From: Carcharhinus amblyrhynchos
Lineage: Eukaryota
Direction: 5' to 3'
Assembly: GCA_965287045.1 (NCBI GenBank)
Contig: OZ336887.1
Location: 30,876,001-30,940,000, forward strand
DNA length: 64,000 nt
Positions 1 through 12,039 of the stretch are shown here, piece by piece (within the stretch, counting starts at the first letter, position 1; each line of letters opens with the position of its first letter). The notes beneath the pieces are model-generated. The model saw only the letters and a program-made list of their open reading frames with translations, made no database searches and was not told where the DNA came from. A program made the translations under genes and the position numbers.

Positions 1-754
1 TCTCTCCTTATATTGCTTACCATCACATTTTGTGTGATTACATTCCTGTAAAGTGGCTTGGGATGTTTTCCTATATCAAAGGCACTAAATAAATGCAAGT
101 TGTTGTTGTTAACTGCTGAATTATACTCAATGTGAACTGACACACCGGCAAAGGATTGAGATGGGGCAAAAATGTAAGTATTTGTCGCCATTGCAATAGA
201 GTGAATAGCTCTAAATGTATATGCAAACTATGGGCAATAAAGGATAAAACAGTGGAACTACATTGCTGCAGAATATTAAGTTAATTTGATTATTTTAATT
301 TAAATTAATTTGGTGAGTAATATCAGTGTCAATTGAGGTTTTGCACTTCCTATCATTAAATCCCTTACAGATATGGCAGGGGTTAGATGCAAACTGTAGA
401 TCCCTCCTTTATTGTGTGCCATTACCCACCTAGTGCAAAGCCCCTACCCTGGGATAACTCTTAATTATTTTCTTTATGCAAGCTTTCCCAGAAAAGAATG
501 CATTTCAGACAGTTCATTCACCACCAGCACTAAAGATTTAAAACTGCTCCAATTCCTTTCAAATACAATCATTATACTTTTCATATTCCCCGTGTCCCTT
601 CATCCCTCTATTTTCTTCCCTTCTGGTCAACAGAATTACCCAATTAAGGAAACCCTTGAAGCCTGATTTTGTATCATCTCTTTCTTTTGAAAATGTTTTT
701 TGTTTTTTGTTAAGAAATGTAAGGTGAAATAAAGCTGGAAAATAAACATGTTCC

Positions 755-1030
755 AAATCAGTGTCAAACATTCCCAGGGCAAGTACAACATGGGTGAGAT
801 ACAGAGAAAAGTTTCCTCTGCACCATCCCATGACACTCCCAGGCAGATACAGCATGGGTTAGATACTGAGTAAATCTCCCTCTACACTGCACCATCAAAT
901 ATTCCCAGGGCATGTGCAGCACAAGTTAGATACAGAGTAAAATTCCCTCTGCAACATTCCATCAAACATTCCCAGGGCAGCTACAATGTCAGTTAGATAC
1001 AGAATATATATAGGTCTCTCTATACGGCCC
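755..1030 (+). repeat. ~68-bp tandem repeat family, array 1
   Basis: Unit about CCATCAAACACTCCCAGGGCAGGTACAGCACGGGTTAGATACAGAGTAAAGCTCCCTCTACACTGT, roughly 4 copies. Confidence 0.85.
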
Positions 1031-1199
1031 CAAAATTGTACATTTGCTGCAATTTCTGGGGAGTTTCTCTCTATAACAAATGAGGCATTTTCAATTTTTC
1101 ATCCCAAGCTATGGTCTCTTTCAGTGACATTTCCAGTTTAAAGATAATCACTATCAAATAGGAAGATAAGGAATGGGAAAGAAGTCTTTCAACCCCTCA

Positions 1200-2810
1200 A
1201 GTTTGCTCTGCCATTTAGTCAGGTTCTGGCTAATCTGCACCTCAAATTCAATTTCTTGCCTTTACTCCATATCCTTTGATATCCTTCACCAACAAAAGTC
1301 TACTGATTTCAGCTTTAAGCATCCAATTATCCATAGCTATTTAAGGGAGAGGGTTTGACATGTTCACTAGCCTTAGTGATCCTAAAAGGCCTGATTCTAG
1401 TTTCAAAGTGATTGCTCCTCATTCTAGATTCTCCCCACGAGACGAAATGGTTTCTCTCTAATTCCCTATCAAATCCTTTCAACATTTGGAACACCTGAAT
1501 CAAATCATCCCTCCACTTTCTACATTCAACTGAATACAAATCAGATTTATGTAACTTGACCTCACTACTTAACACTCTAAACTCCAGTATCATTATAAAA
1601 ACATAAAAAATAGGAGCAGGGGTAAGCCAGTCAGCTCTTCAAGCCTACTCCACCATTCCATAGCATCATGGTTGATCTGATTGTGATCTTAACTCCACTT
1701 TACTGCCTGCCATCATAACCTTTAATTCCTTGGTCATACAAACAAGTCTGTCTAACTCATATATTCAATGATCCGGCTTCCACTGTTCTAAGTGGAAGAG
1801 AATTTCAATAAATGTAAGGTTATCCATTTGAGTATGGAAAAATAGGAAGGCAGATTATCATTTGAATGGGTGTAAATTGAGAAAGATAAGTACTCAGCAA
1901 GACCTTGGTGTCCTCGTGCATCAGTCACTGAAAGTAAACCCGCAGGTGCAGCAGGCAGTAAAGAAAGCTAATGGTATGTTGGCCTTCATAGCAAGAGGAT
2001 TTGAGAATAATAGGGATGTTTTAATGCAATTGTATAGGGCACTGGGGAGGCCACACGCGGAGTATTGTGTGCAGTTTAGGTGTCCTTATCTAAGGAAAGG
2101 ATGTTCTTGCCAAAAAGCGAATGCATCAAAGATTTACCAGGCAGATTCCTGGAATGGCAGGACTGTCATATGAGCAGAGCCTAAATTGGTTGAGATTATA
2201 TACATTGAAGTTTTGAAGAGTGAGGGGATCTCATAGAAACTTATTAAATTCCAACAGGATTAGATAGCATAGACTCAGAAAGAATGTTCCCAATAGTGGG
2301 GGAGTTCAGAAATAGGGGTCATAGCTTGAGGATAAGGAATAAACCTTTTAGGGCTGAGGTGAGGAGAAATATTTTCATTCAGAGAGGTGAACTTGTGGAA
2401 TTCACTACCACAGAAAGTAGATGAAGCCAAAACGTTGTGTGATTTCAAGAAGGAATTAGACATAGCTTTTGGAACTAAATAGATCAAGGGATATGACAGC
2501 AAAGTCAGGATTACTGATAATGAATGGCCATGCAAGTTCAAAGGGCTGAATGGCCTACATCTGCTTCAATTTTCTATGTATGTTTCTCTGTAAGCTCTAC
2601 CAACCCTTTGAGAGAAGAGATTTCTCCTCATCTCCATCTTACATAGAAACTCGTCTTTAAACTGTGCCCCCTAGTCCTAGATTTCCCCACAACAGTGAAA
2701 TCATTCTCCCAGCACCTACCCTGTCAAACCACTTCAGAACCTTAAATATTTTAATAAATTCACTGCTCGTTCTTCTAAACTCCAATGAATACAGGCCCAA
2801 CTTGCTTAAT
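1200..2810. mobile_element. Cluster of degenerate CR1-clade LINE 3' fragments (1806-2590 plus; flanking pieces minus)
   Basis: ORF 1862-2173 reads QQDLGVLVHQSLKV...QQAVKKANGMLAFIARG...LYRALGRPHAEYCVQF, followed by a CR1 3' tail. Confidence 0.85.
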
Positions 2811-5532
2811 ATCTACCAATCAGAGTACAGAGCCTTTATGTCCATTCTCTGCCTTCTAACTCACAAACAATTTCCAATTCAAGTCAAAGCTACCTCCAAG
2901 TGTGTGCACTTTCACCTTTGCTAATAAAATGTTTACAATGAATTGGAACTATATTTCTCATTCATTCTCAACATGTAGAGTTCCAATAGACCAAACTCCT
3001 TATGAATCTAGTAGTGATGTGATACTATCTACAGTACAATCCCGATACCATGCAGATAGTATACAGCTGCTAATTTTATAGAAACCAAATATTTGGCAGC
3101 AGGAAACAGACTGATGTAGGGATGGGATTGTAGTTCTTGTACTCTGCATATGCTGCCATGTGACAATTCCTCAGCTGACTTTTTTAATTGTCAGGTAGAA
3201 CACACTAATGTACAAATTCAAATTACCTAAAGGGCTGACTATCCTGGCAACTGCCCTCTCCCCTTAGAAACTTCACCCAGTGGTTGGTGGCATTACATGC
3301 ATGTGTTGCAATACAGCGCTCACTCTGGCTCTGTTAACATCATTGGAAGCAGCTAACAGTCAGTTTGCATGTGTTAGGTTACAGTCAATATCTCAGCAAT
3401 CCATGCATTGTAACTGAGAAATTATTGCACATTTATCCATTACTCCAGGGCTAGACTGCAGCTCAATCCATTTCCCATTTATTATAATTCCAGTGGATAA
3501 AATGACTTCCTATTATAAAGCATTCCAATGGTCTAAATCACCTCCAATTTATTCCCATTATGAAGATTTCTTAGATAATTACATTACAGCAGATATATTG
3601 TCAAAGACTAATTACAGCACCGAAGGAGGCCCTTCAGCCCATTGACAACTTATTAAAAGGGATGTTGTCCTGCTTTTAATTTGAATTATTCTCAGTTCCT
3701 TCCTGTTTCCAAGCACTGATCAATATTGGCATTATATTCTTCTTGCTCCAATTGTTTTTCCTCTTGTCCTCAGGTACCAATTTTCACTGCAATACAGTTC
3801 TATTATCAGAGTACCCTTTCTTCATATCTGATCCTTAACAAGGCATTGTTTTACTGAGGTGGGCATCATAGACATTTTATTCTCACTCTGATGTAGACAC
3901 ACCAGTTCTACCAAATGAAACTCACACATTAGTGAGCAGGAGCAAGAGCAGAAACACTGTCTGATTCTACCCATCCTACAAGAGGACTGCTTGAGCCCAT
4001 TAATACCGGTATCCTTGGCTCAGATTGCCTAAAACAACCAAGATCAAAAATCCAAGCTTGGACTCTGGTCAGTAGGCCTTAATGCCACACTGAGCTAGGA
4101 GGCAGCTTATTCTTCCTGACTTTGAACTGCAGAGGAACAGTTTCCAGCATTTAAGCTGCTTTACATTATTACTGCTTTGAACTTGATGTATTTTGGCAGA
4201 TTGTCGGCAAGATAGAAGTACAGTTTATATGGAAGAGTGTGCATGTGATCAAGAACCCTGGGATCTATCAACAAAGTAAAGACAAAGATTGACTGAACTT
4301 GAATGAAACAGCTAAACTGATTTTGCCTTCACTTGGGGCCACAGTAGGTGCGGATTGAGAGCACATTTGGGAGTTCAGTATTAATCTTTTAGACAGAATT
4401 ATTTATGTTACCAGGAATTGTCTTAACAGAGGTTTGTATTTGCCTTTCAATGACCAGAATATTATGGAATAAAATTTCCCCTGTTACTTACTGAATGCTA
4501 AGCAAACATAGCTGGACAGTCCCAGATTTCAGCTCTGGTCTGTATGTTGTGTCAGTAACTTTTTGAAGAGATTGTGTCTGTCAGTGGTAATTTCATTGTG
4601 GAAATGTTCATGGAGTTATATTTTTAATTTGTAAACCACCTCTAATGAGCTGAGCACAGCAAACAGTTGTTATCCTAGTTTATCTCCCTATCAGTGGCTA
4701 GGGGTATTGAAAGTCCCTGCAGACACCCACTGCAGAGTCCACACAGAGCAGGGGCAGAATCCAGCACCTTTTCAAGTTTGTGTGGGTCAGGTGCAGACTT
4801 CCAATCTAGTACACCTTGTCCTTATGGAGAGTCAGTAATGTGAGTTTACAGCAATTATTGACAATACTGCATGCAAAATCAGAATACCAACCCCCATTGT
4901 TCTCTTAAAATGTTCCCATTAATCCAGATGACTGCTTATTTTTGAATACTGAAAAAAACTGTAACATCACCGGATGTAAGGGCAAAAAGTTTAATGAAGG
5001 AGAATACAGGATTGGTCAGTTATTATTGCCAGCAAACACATATTACAACAATAGCCATCATTATTTTACTTATTATTAGTGAAATCATTGTTTCTCATTC
5101 AATAAAAGCTGCCAGATGCCTGGGATTGTGTGTCATTTGGGGTGAGGGATTATAGTACAGGAGAATAAAGCAATTTTCATTTCTATCCCATCAAACACTC
5201 TCAGGACAGATATAACATGGGTTAGATACAGAATAAAGCTCCCTCTCCACTGTTTACATCAAACATTCCCAGGACAGATATAGCATTGTTTAGTCACAAA
5301 GTAAAGTTCATTCTACACTGTTCCATCAAACACTCCCAGGGCAGATACAGCACAGGTTAGCTATAGAGTAAAGCTCCCTCTACACTGTGTACATCAAACA
5401 CTCCCATGACGGGTAAAGACAGTTTAACTACAGAGTAAAGTTCATTCTATATTGTCCCTTAAAAAACAACGGCATATAGAACACAAGTTAGAAATAGAGT
5501 AAAGCTTCCTCTACAATGTCCTATCAAACACT

Positions 5533-5655
5533 GATGTGGAGATGCTGGCGTTGGACTGGGGTAAACACAGTAAGAAGTCTGAAACCCCAAAAGCTTGCGA
5601 GTTTACTATCAAATCAATCGGTTGGACTTAAACCTGGTGTTGTCAGACTTCTTAC
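5533..5655. mobile_element. Short Penelope-like terminal insert
   Basis: gatgtggagatgctggcgttggactggggtaaacacagtaagaag..., flanked by duplicated ctatcaaacact. Confidence 0.65.
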
Positions 5656-5684
5656 TATCAAACACTCCCAGGGCAGACCTCTAG

Positions 5685-6350
5685 GCAAAATGGCACGTTA
5701 GGAGGCTGGTGAAGAAGGCATATGGAACACTTGCCTTATCAATCAAGGCATAGATCGCAAAAGCAGGGGAGTCATGTTGGAGTTATATAGAACTTTGGCA
5801 AGGCCACAGCTAGAATACTGTGTGCAGTTCTGGTTACCACATTATAGAAAGGATGTGATTGCACTTGAAGGGTGCAGAAGAGATTCACCAGGATGCTGCT
5901 TGGGATGGAACATTTAGTTTATGAAGCTAGGTTGGATAGATTTGGCTTGTTTTTATTGGAGCAAAGACTGAAGGGTGACCTGATTAAGGTGTACAAGATT
6001 ATGACGGACATGAGCAGAATGGATAAGGGGCAGTTGTTCCCCCTTAGTTGAAGGTCAGTAACAAGGAGACATAGGTTAAAGGTGAGGGGCAGGTAGAGCG
6101 ATGTAAGGAAAGGCCTTTTTACTCAGAAGGTGGTGATAATCTGAAATGCACTGCCTGGGAGGATGGTAGAGGCGGGTTGCCTCACATCCTTTAAAAAGTA
6201 CCTGGATGAGCACTTGATACATCATAACATTCAAGGCTACGGGCCAAGTGCTTGTAGATGGAATTAGGTGGGAGATTAGGTGTTTCTTGCATGTTGGTGC
6301 AGACTCGATGGGCCGAAGGGCCTCTTCTGCACTGCATGATTCTATGATTT
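5685..6350 (+). mobile_element. CR1/HER1-like LINE 3' fragment
   Basis: RT C-terminal coding remnants (aggccacagctagaatactgtgtgcagttctgg) and tail gggccgaagggcctcttctgcactg...ttctatgatt. Confidence 0.85.
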
Positions 6351-8758
6351 TAGATACGGCGCAGGTTAGATACAGAGCAAAGCTTCCTCTACAATATCAC
6401 ATCAAACACTGCTAGGGCAAATATAGCACAGTTTAGATATGGAGTAAAATCCTCTCTATACTGTCCCATTAAACACACCCAGGGCAGGTAGAGCACAGGT
6501 TACCGTTAGATACAGATAACGCTCCATTTACGCTGCTGGAACAATATACTGAACCTCAGAAAGAGCCCTTCAATGCCCCCACACCCACTCCACTACACCA
6601 ATGTGATTTATTTCTTCATTTTCCAGCCCTCCTGTGGCCTCTCTGAACAAAAGTATCAGTTTAGTCCTGATTTAGGGAAAATATTGCACGATGGCACCAC
6701 GCCCACGAGAAAATGGGTTAAGACTGGGTCAAACTCACTTCATATGGTTACTTCGGAGGGTTCGAAAGGTCTAGCCAAAAAGCAATTCGGTCTTTATAGA
6801 AGCTGCTTTTCAGTAGGGTGATACAGGACTGAAGGTCTAAGCCAGTCGCCACTGAAACTGGCTGATCCCCTCAGCTATCTGTGCATTTCCGCCAATCAAT
6901 ATACAGAAAGTATTGAAGCTTATAATATTGTAGATGATTCCTGTCAGCCTTGCTGTTTTGACTAAACTTCAATGTTCTGTTTCACATAGAAAAGAGAATG
7001 TTAATCATTCCGCCGCAAGCGTCTCCGAGATGTCACATCAGATAACCAGACTACAAACAAAACAAAAATAAAAATTGGCCCGTTCAATTTTCCAGAATTG
7101 TAGAGGCGCCGGCCATGCCTTTGACATTTGATAAAATTCCCCGGGTCTACACAAAGTCAGGCAGATGTAGTTAACAGGAAACGCTCGAGTGAAGGAACAA
7201 CTAAAACAAACATTTATTAACAGTGAGGAAAGTAACCCCCCTCCGTGAGATAGCCCCCAGGATATCAACGAGAGAAGGGCTGACTGAGGAAGGTGTGGAG
7301 AGGGTTAATAGATTTTCTGTGTGTGTGTGTAGGGTCTTAGTGCTACATTCCGAGCTGTCGAGAGGGGGCGGCTGAGCGGCGCCTATGAGTCAGCCGACAG
7401 CATCTGCTCGTAGCCCAGCCTGAGACTCTCAATCCAACTGCACACAGGGATCAAGCTAGGGGCTTTGCAACGCCGTGATACATCAGAGAGCCTTTCACAG
7501 TCCCAGAAATACCAGGCGTCACTAGACTCTCCCTCAGAAAGAAAAAAAACCTGTATGAGGATTCTCTCTGCAGTAACTGGCAGCGCGCCTTGGCGTCCCC
7601 CAAAAAAAGTTTTCTTTAATAAATAATGGCATTTAGATATATGAAAAAGCAGCGAGTGAATGCTGTAATCAGGATCAGGTCTAACCTCACTCTGAACATA
7701 CACTTCAAATTAGCAATGCGACGAAATTATTCGCAGAATGAGTTCCAGTCAGAGCAACAAGTCACGAAGCGGCACCTCAGAAAACACAGCCCAGCCGCGT
7801 AAAAATCTTTTGGTGAGCACCGCTTATAAACAGCTACAGTGTTTGGGCTTGCAGGAGATTGGAAAAACGCCGAGGGAGCAGACAGAGGAAAATGCTCCTA
7901 TCAACTGCCTATTCCCATTCCGTACAGTTTTCCAATCTTTATCCATTTACTCCAGAGAAAGCGGCCTGTAAAGTTTCACCACATTTCTTAGCGAGTAACT
8001 CCGAGACAAGTCTGCAACGCTGTATAAATATCTGTGTTTGTGTGTGAGGGGGAGGGGTAACCCACTCAGATGCCCAGACAACGTGTCCCCAATCCTGCTG
8101 GACACATTCCAAATTAAAAACATCTTTTTGATGTTTGTTTTTTAGTACTCTTGATAGTTTTTTCACCTGTTTATGAGGGGATGTCCGCATACCTGCTCCC
8201 AAAGTCGGCTCTTCCAGAATCAGCACTGCAATTATTTTATTCATTCCCAAATTTTAAACCAAACGTTTGTACAACCAGTTAGATTCTGACTTGGCGAAGC
8301 GATACTGTTATCTTGGGTGACACAGATCTCTCTGCCTTATATATTGCGACTGATAGTAGTTCCCTCGACAGCCTTTAGACCAACTACGACATGCAATTAT
8401 ATAGACTGAATATTGGAGGGGACGCATATCTCTCGTGACTGGAATTTAAGCACCCGTTTGTAACAGAATGCTGCTTGTACCTGTGATAATATTTAGTAAA
8501 TTGAGGGGATACGCAGTCGCTTCGCGTATACACATTCCCGACAGAACGGCCTGTGAATGAGTTTGCTGGGTGCAGGGAACGGGACATTTGAAAGGCAGCT
8601 CTAAGTTATTGGAATGATTAAGGGCTCTCTCCGTTTAGATAGCCCTGGATAGGACTGAAGGGTGTTTCTATTGTAGCGGAGTCATTCTCCCGCACCCAAA
8701 AAAGCCAAGGCTCTGAATGCTTTCAGATTTGCAAAATCTTTTGTTTTAAAGATGAGAT

Positions 8759-8764
8759 TTTATT
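8759..8764 (-). terminator. Candidate noggin2 polyadenylation signal AATAAA
   Basis: TTTATT on plus, about 630 nt downstream of the stop, after an AT-rich 3' UTR-like tract. Confidence 0.5.
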
Positions 8765-9389
8765 GCTAAAAACATTGAACCATTATATTTACATTGATAT
8801 GTTTTTTTAGAAAGAATATTCAAGTAAACATCTCCAAATGTCACGATATCATCTACTTTATATCAACAAACGTTAAAGTAATAAATAATTGGACACAAGA
8901 TTTTTACTCTTCTACACTCCTATAATGTATTGGAAAGCTGAGATTTCACTCTGTAATATCTTCACCTCAACTTTTTATAATCATTATTATTATTTTACAA
9001 AAAATATCTAGGCACATGGCAGTAAAGGCAGTTATTAGGATTCAGTGAATGGAAACCCAGGCTAGACTTGTTCGGAGCTCCTGATAATTCTCAAAGTCAG
9101 CGGTCGGGGCCCGCAGTGTGAAGTACGAATATCCCTTTCCTCTGAGTTGAGCTTCATTATGGTCCGTTAGTTCTCCCCCCACCACCACCCCCCACCCCCC
9201 ACCCACCCACCCCAACCCCCCAAAAATCCATGATTTTCTGCAACTTTAAATCTCATTGTGTTATATAGATACAAAGCTGGCACTTCTTTAGAATGGATAT
9301 ATAAAAATAGATTTCACTATAGGGCGTTGTTATACTATAGACCATCTGTATATAGGATTCACCCAGTCTGCATGAGAACACTTCTCCCT

Positions 9390-10034
9390 TTAACAGGAAC
9401 ACTTGCACTCGGAAATGACTGGGTATTGGACAGGTATCCACGTGCAGTACTTAGGCTTTGACCATCCTTGGCAATACCACCTTAAGAAAGTCTTGCTGAT
9501 AGATTTGACAGGTTTACACAGCATCCCTTCAGGGAATGAACAGGACCTCTCGTTGTAACAGTTCCCTTCTTTAACAAACCGAGGCCAGAAGCGGCCTCCC
9601 AGGTCCTTCCAAGTGTACATCACCGGACAGTATGTGTAGGACCAAAGCCATTGCTGAAACTTCCTTCTGGCCTTTTTGCCCAACTTCATTTTCCTCCCAT
9701 AAGGGGTCTCAGACAAATCCAACCTCTTGATGTCGTTGGGCATGGCGCCCAAGGGTTTGAACCTGGAATTCGGGTCCCGGGACGGAGAATCGTCCAGTTG
9801 GGGCAGAGTGATGGACATGAAGTTGGGATCGAAGTGACTGCCGAGCTTCTTCCGCAAAGTCCGTTCGTCCAGATCGTTGTCCTTGGGGTCGTTGTCTGGG
9901 TCCGGGTGTTCGATAATGTCCACCACGGGCAAACTGTCACTGGGGACGGGCCGGAGGTGTAGATAAGGCTGGCAGAGTCCGTGCTGCAGTAGCAGCATGC
10001 AGAAACAGCTTAACATATACTGTGGCAGCTCCAT
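9390..10034 (-). CDS. nog2: Noggin-2, secreted BMP antagonist, single coding exon, 214 aa
   Basis: Intact ORF with a signal peptide (MELPQY...HGLC|QPYL), clip region RPVPSDSLPVVDIIEHPDP and basic heparin-binding patch KLGKKARRK. Cystine knot runs CPVMYTWKDLG...CSFPEGMLCKP...YPVISECKCSC. Motifs DLDERTLRKKLGS, LDLSETPYG and KTFLRWYCQGW match noggin2 rather than noggin1 as I recall them. Kozak context AAAACATGG. Confidence 0.95.
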   Translation of the reverse strand: MELPQYMLSCFCMLLLQHGLCQPYLHLRPVPSDSLPVVDIIEHPDPDNDPKDNDLDERTLRKKLGSHFDPNFMSITLPQLDDSPSRDPNSRFKPLGAMPNDIKRLDLSETPYGRKMKLGKKARRKFQQWLWSYTYCPVMYTWKDLGGRFWPRFVKEGNCYNERSCSFPEGMLCKPVKSISKTFLRWYCQGWSKPKYCTWIPVQYPVISECKCSC

Positions 10035-10067
10035 GTTTTAAACGGGCCAGTTCGCCGAGCCCAGAGG

Positions 10068-10078
10068 TTTATAAATAG
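10068..10078 (-). promoter_or_regulatory. TATA/MEF2-like element CTATTTATAAA
   Basis: Motif 34-44 nt upstream of the noggin2 ATG. It could equally lie inside the 5' UTR. Confidence 0.3.
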
Positions 10079-10332
10079 GCAGCAAAGCGAGCAGACTGAT
10101 ACTTTTAATAGAACACACTGGGCTTTGAATGACGGGCACGTACAGGACGTGCTGAGGTTTAACTTTGCTGCCGGATTAAGCTGATGTCTCTCGCAGTCTC
10201 TCTCTCTCACTCGCCTCCTTTCCCCTCTTGGCTTTTTACACCGAATCCACCTCCAGAAAAGTGAAAAGTTCCAGAAAGCTGTCCCCCTTTTTCCAGCTTC
10301 TTTACCCCAAAATTCACGTCGGGTTGCAGCCA

Positions 10333-10346
10333 GTCGCCATGGCAAC
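10333..10346. promoter_or_regulatory. RFX X-box palindrome GTCGCCATGGCAAC
   Basis: 13/14 match to GTTGCCATGGCAAC, about 300 bp upstream of the noggin2 ATG. Confidence 0.6.
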
Positions 10347-10517
10347 GGCAGGACTCGCTGCCACAAGTTGTCTAGACGGGATGACAGGAGCCGGAGCCCG
10401 GGAGAGAGCGGGGCGGCTCCGGGAGAGACACCCAGCCCGGTCCGGGGCCGGCTCCGGGGGCTCCACTCCCGGGCTGAGCCGGCGTGTTGCCTGTCTGCCC
10501 GGGAGACTGTCAGCGGC

Positions 10518-10636
10518 GATCCTGGACTGATCCCGGTATTGATCCTGGTGTCACTCCCGGTGCTGATCCCGAATTTGACCCCGGTGCTGATCCCAGTGTA
10601 GAGCCTGGTGTCGATCTCGGTGCTAGTCCCGGTGTG
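10518..10636. repeat. 12-bp tandem repeat (about GATCCCGGTGCT x10)
   Basis: gatcccggtatt gatcctggtgtc actcccggtgct gatcccgaattt gaccccggtgct gatcccagtgta... Confidence 0.85.
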
Positions 10637-10825
10637 GCGCTGACTTTGTCCTCCCTCCTGCTGCTCCCGCACTGATGTCGAGGCTCAGGCTCCAGGTTAA
10701 ATATCCCTGTCCCGGAGAATTCCCGGGGCTGGCTCCTCGCTCCTGATTGACATCTTCCCCCGCCCTCCATCTGCTCCCACCCGCCTGAGCCTTCAAACTG
10801 CTTAATCCGCATCTTCCAGACTTCT

Positions 10826-11680
10826 GAAACCCCAAACCCGCAACCTCTTCACTCCCCACCCCCAAACCTGCATCCTCCCCACTCCTAAACTCCAAACCCG
10901 CACCCGTCTGGCTTCCCCACACAAACTCGAACTCGAACTCTCCCGACTCCTAAACCCCCAAACCTGAACCCGCCCGACTCCTAAATCACAAACCCACATT
11001 CTCCCCACTTCTAAACCCCAAGCCCGCACCCTCCCCACTCCTAAAGCCCAAACCCACATCCCGAGTCCTAAACCCCAAAACTGCACCCTCCTGCTTCCTA
11101 AACCCCAAACTCGTATCCTCCCCACTCCTAAACCCCAAACCCGAACCCTACTCACTCCCCAACTCCAAACCCAAATCCTCCTGCCTCCTGCCTCCTAAAC
11201 CCCCAAACACACACACCCTCCCAACTCCTAAACCCCAAACTCACACACTCCCAACTCCTAAACTCCAAACCCCATCCTCCTGACTCCTAAACCCCCAAAC
11301 ACATACCCTACTGACTCGTAAACTCCAAACCTACACCCTCCTGACTTCTAAACCCTCAAACCCACATTTTCCTGGCTCCCCAACATTAAAACCCACACCG
11401 TCCTGCCTCCTAAGCCCCCAAACCTGCACCTGCTCAACTCTGCTTCCTCCCAACATCTTCACCCATCCTCCAGTTCCCAAGTCTCCAAACAAGCATATTC
11501 CCAGCTCTAAACATGCACTCTCCTGGCTCCCAAAATCCACAGCCCCATTCTCTCACTCTCAAACCCCTAACATATACCATCCCAGAACCTCAGCTTCCCA
11601 GTTCCAAAAGCTTCAACAGCACTCTCCTGGCCCCCCAAAGGTTCAAACCTGCATCCTCCTAGATCTGAAATCCTTAAATC
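10826..11680. repeat. C-rich ~30-bp minisatellite (about ACTCCTAAACCCCAAACCCGCACCCTCCCC)
   Basis: Recurring ctcctaaaccccaaacc units at about 30-bp period, degenerating toward 11.7 kb. Confidence 0.9.
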
Positions 11681-12039
11681 TACACTCTGCTGTCTCACAG
11701 ACACACAGAGTGGGAACAAAAGCATTACAAAGCCACTCTGCTTGCTTTCAGACCCCGAAACCTCACCATGTTGCAACTCAAATCTGCTTCCTCAAAGCTC
11801 ACTGTTTCTCTTCTCAAAGATTCCACACCTGCACCTTGCAGTTCCCAGACACCAGACCCACACCATCCCCCAGATCCATCTTAAGGGGATTCCTGTTCTC
11901 GACCCTGCTCTCCAATCTGCTGGCCTCCCTACTCCTGGCAGTGGCCACCTGCTCTCCCACCAGGATGACAAGTTCAGAACTACACTGTCACTGCTGGCCT
12001 CAGCAGCAAGCACCTAAAGAGTGAGAAATGGGCAGCTGC

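Larger units (their letters stand above)
5185..6535 (+). repeat. ~68-bp tandem repeat, array 2, interrupted by a Penelope-terminus insert (5533-5655) and a CR1 fragment (5685-6350)
   Basis: Same unit (gttagatacagagtaaagctccctct) on both sides of the inserts. Confidence 0.85.
9590..10800. promoter_or_regulatory. CpG-rich island over the noggin2 5' end and promoter
   Basis: GC- and CpG-dense compared with the CpG-depleted flanks; no transposon fragments. Confidence 0.7.

Noticed and set aside
3690-4110. Possible ancient SINE remnant
   Set aside because: Too degenerate to assign by eye.
5185-5530. Regularly spaced repeats resembling a CRISPR array
   Set aside because: The whole 68-bp unit repeats with no unique spacers; vertebrate DNA with no cas genes.
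10010-10672. 220-aa ORF upstream of and overlapping noggin2
   Set aside because: Non-ATG start, low complexity from the 12-bp repeat and GC-rich promoter, and no recognisable domain.
10802-11155. VRVWGLGVGR-repeat ORF
   Set aside because: Translation of the 30-bp minisatellite.
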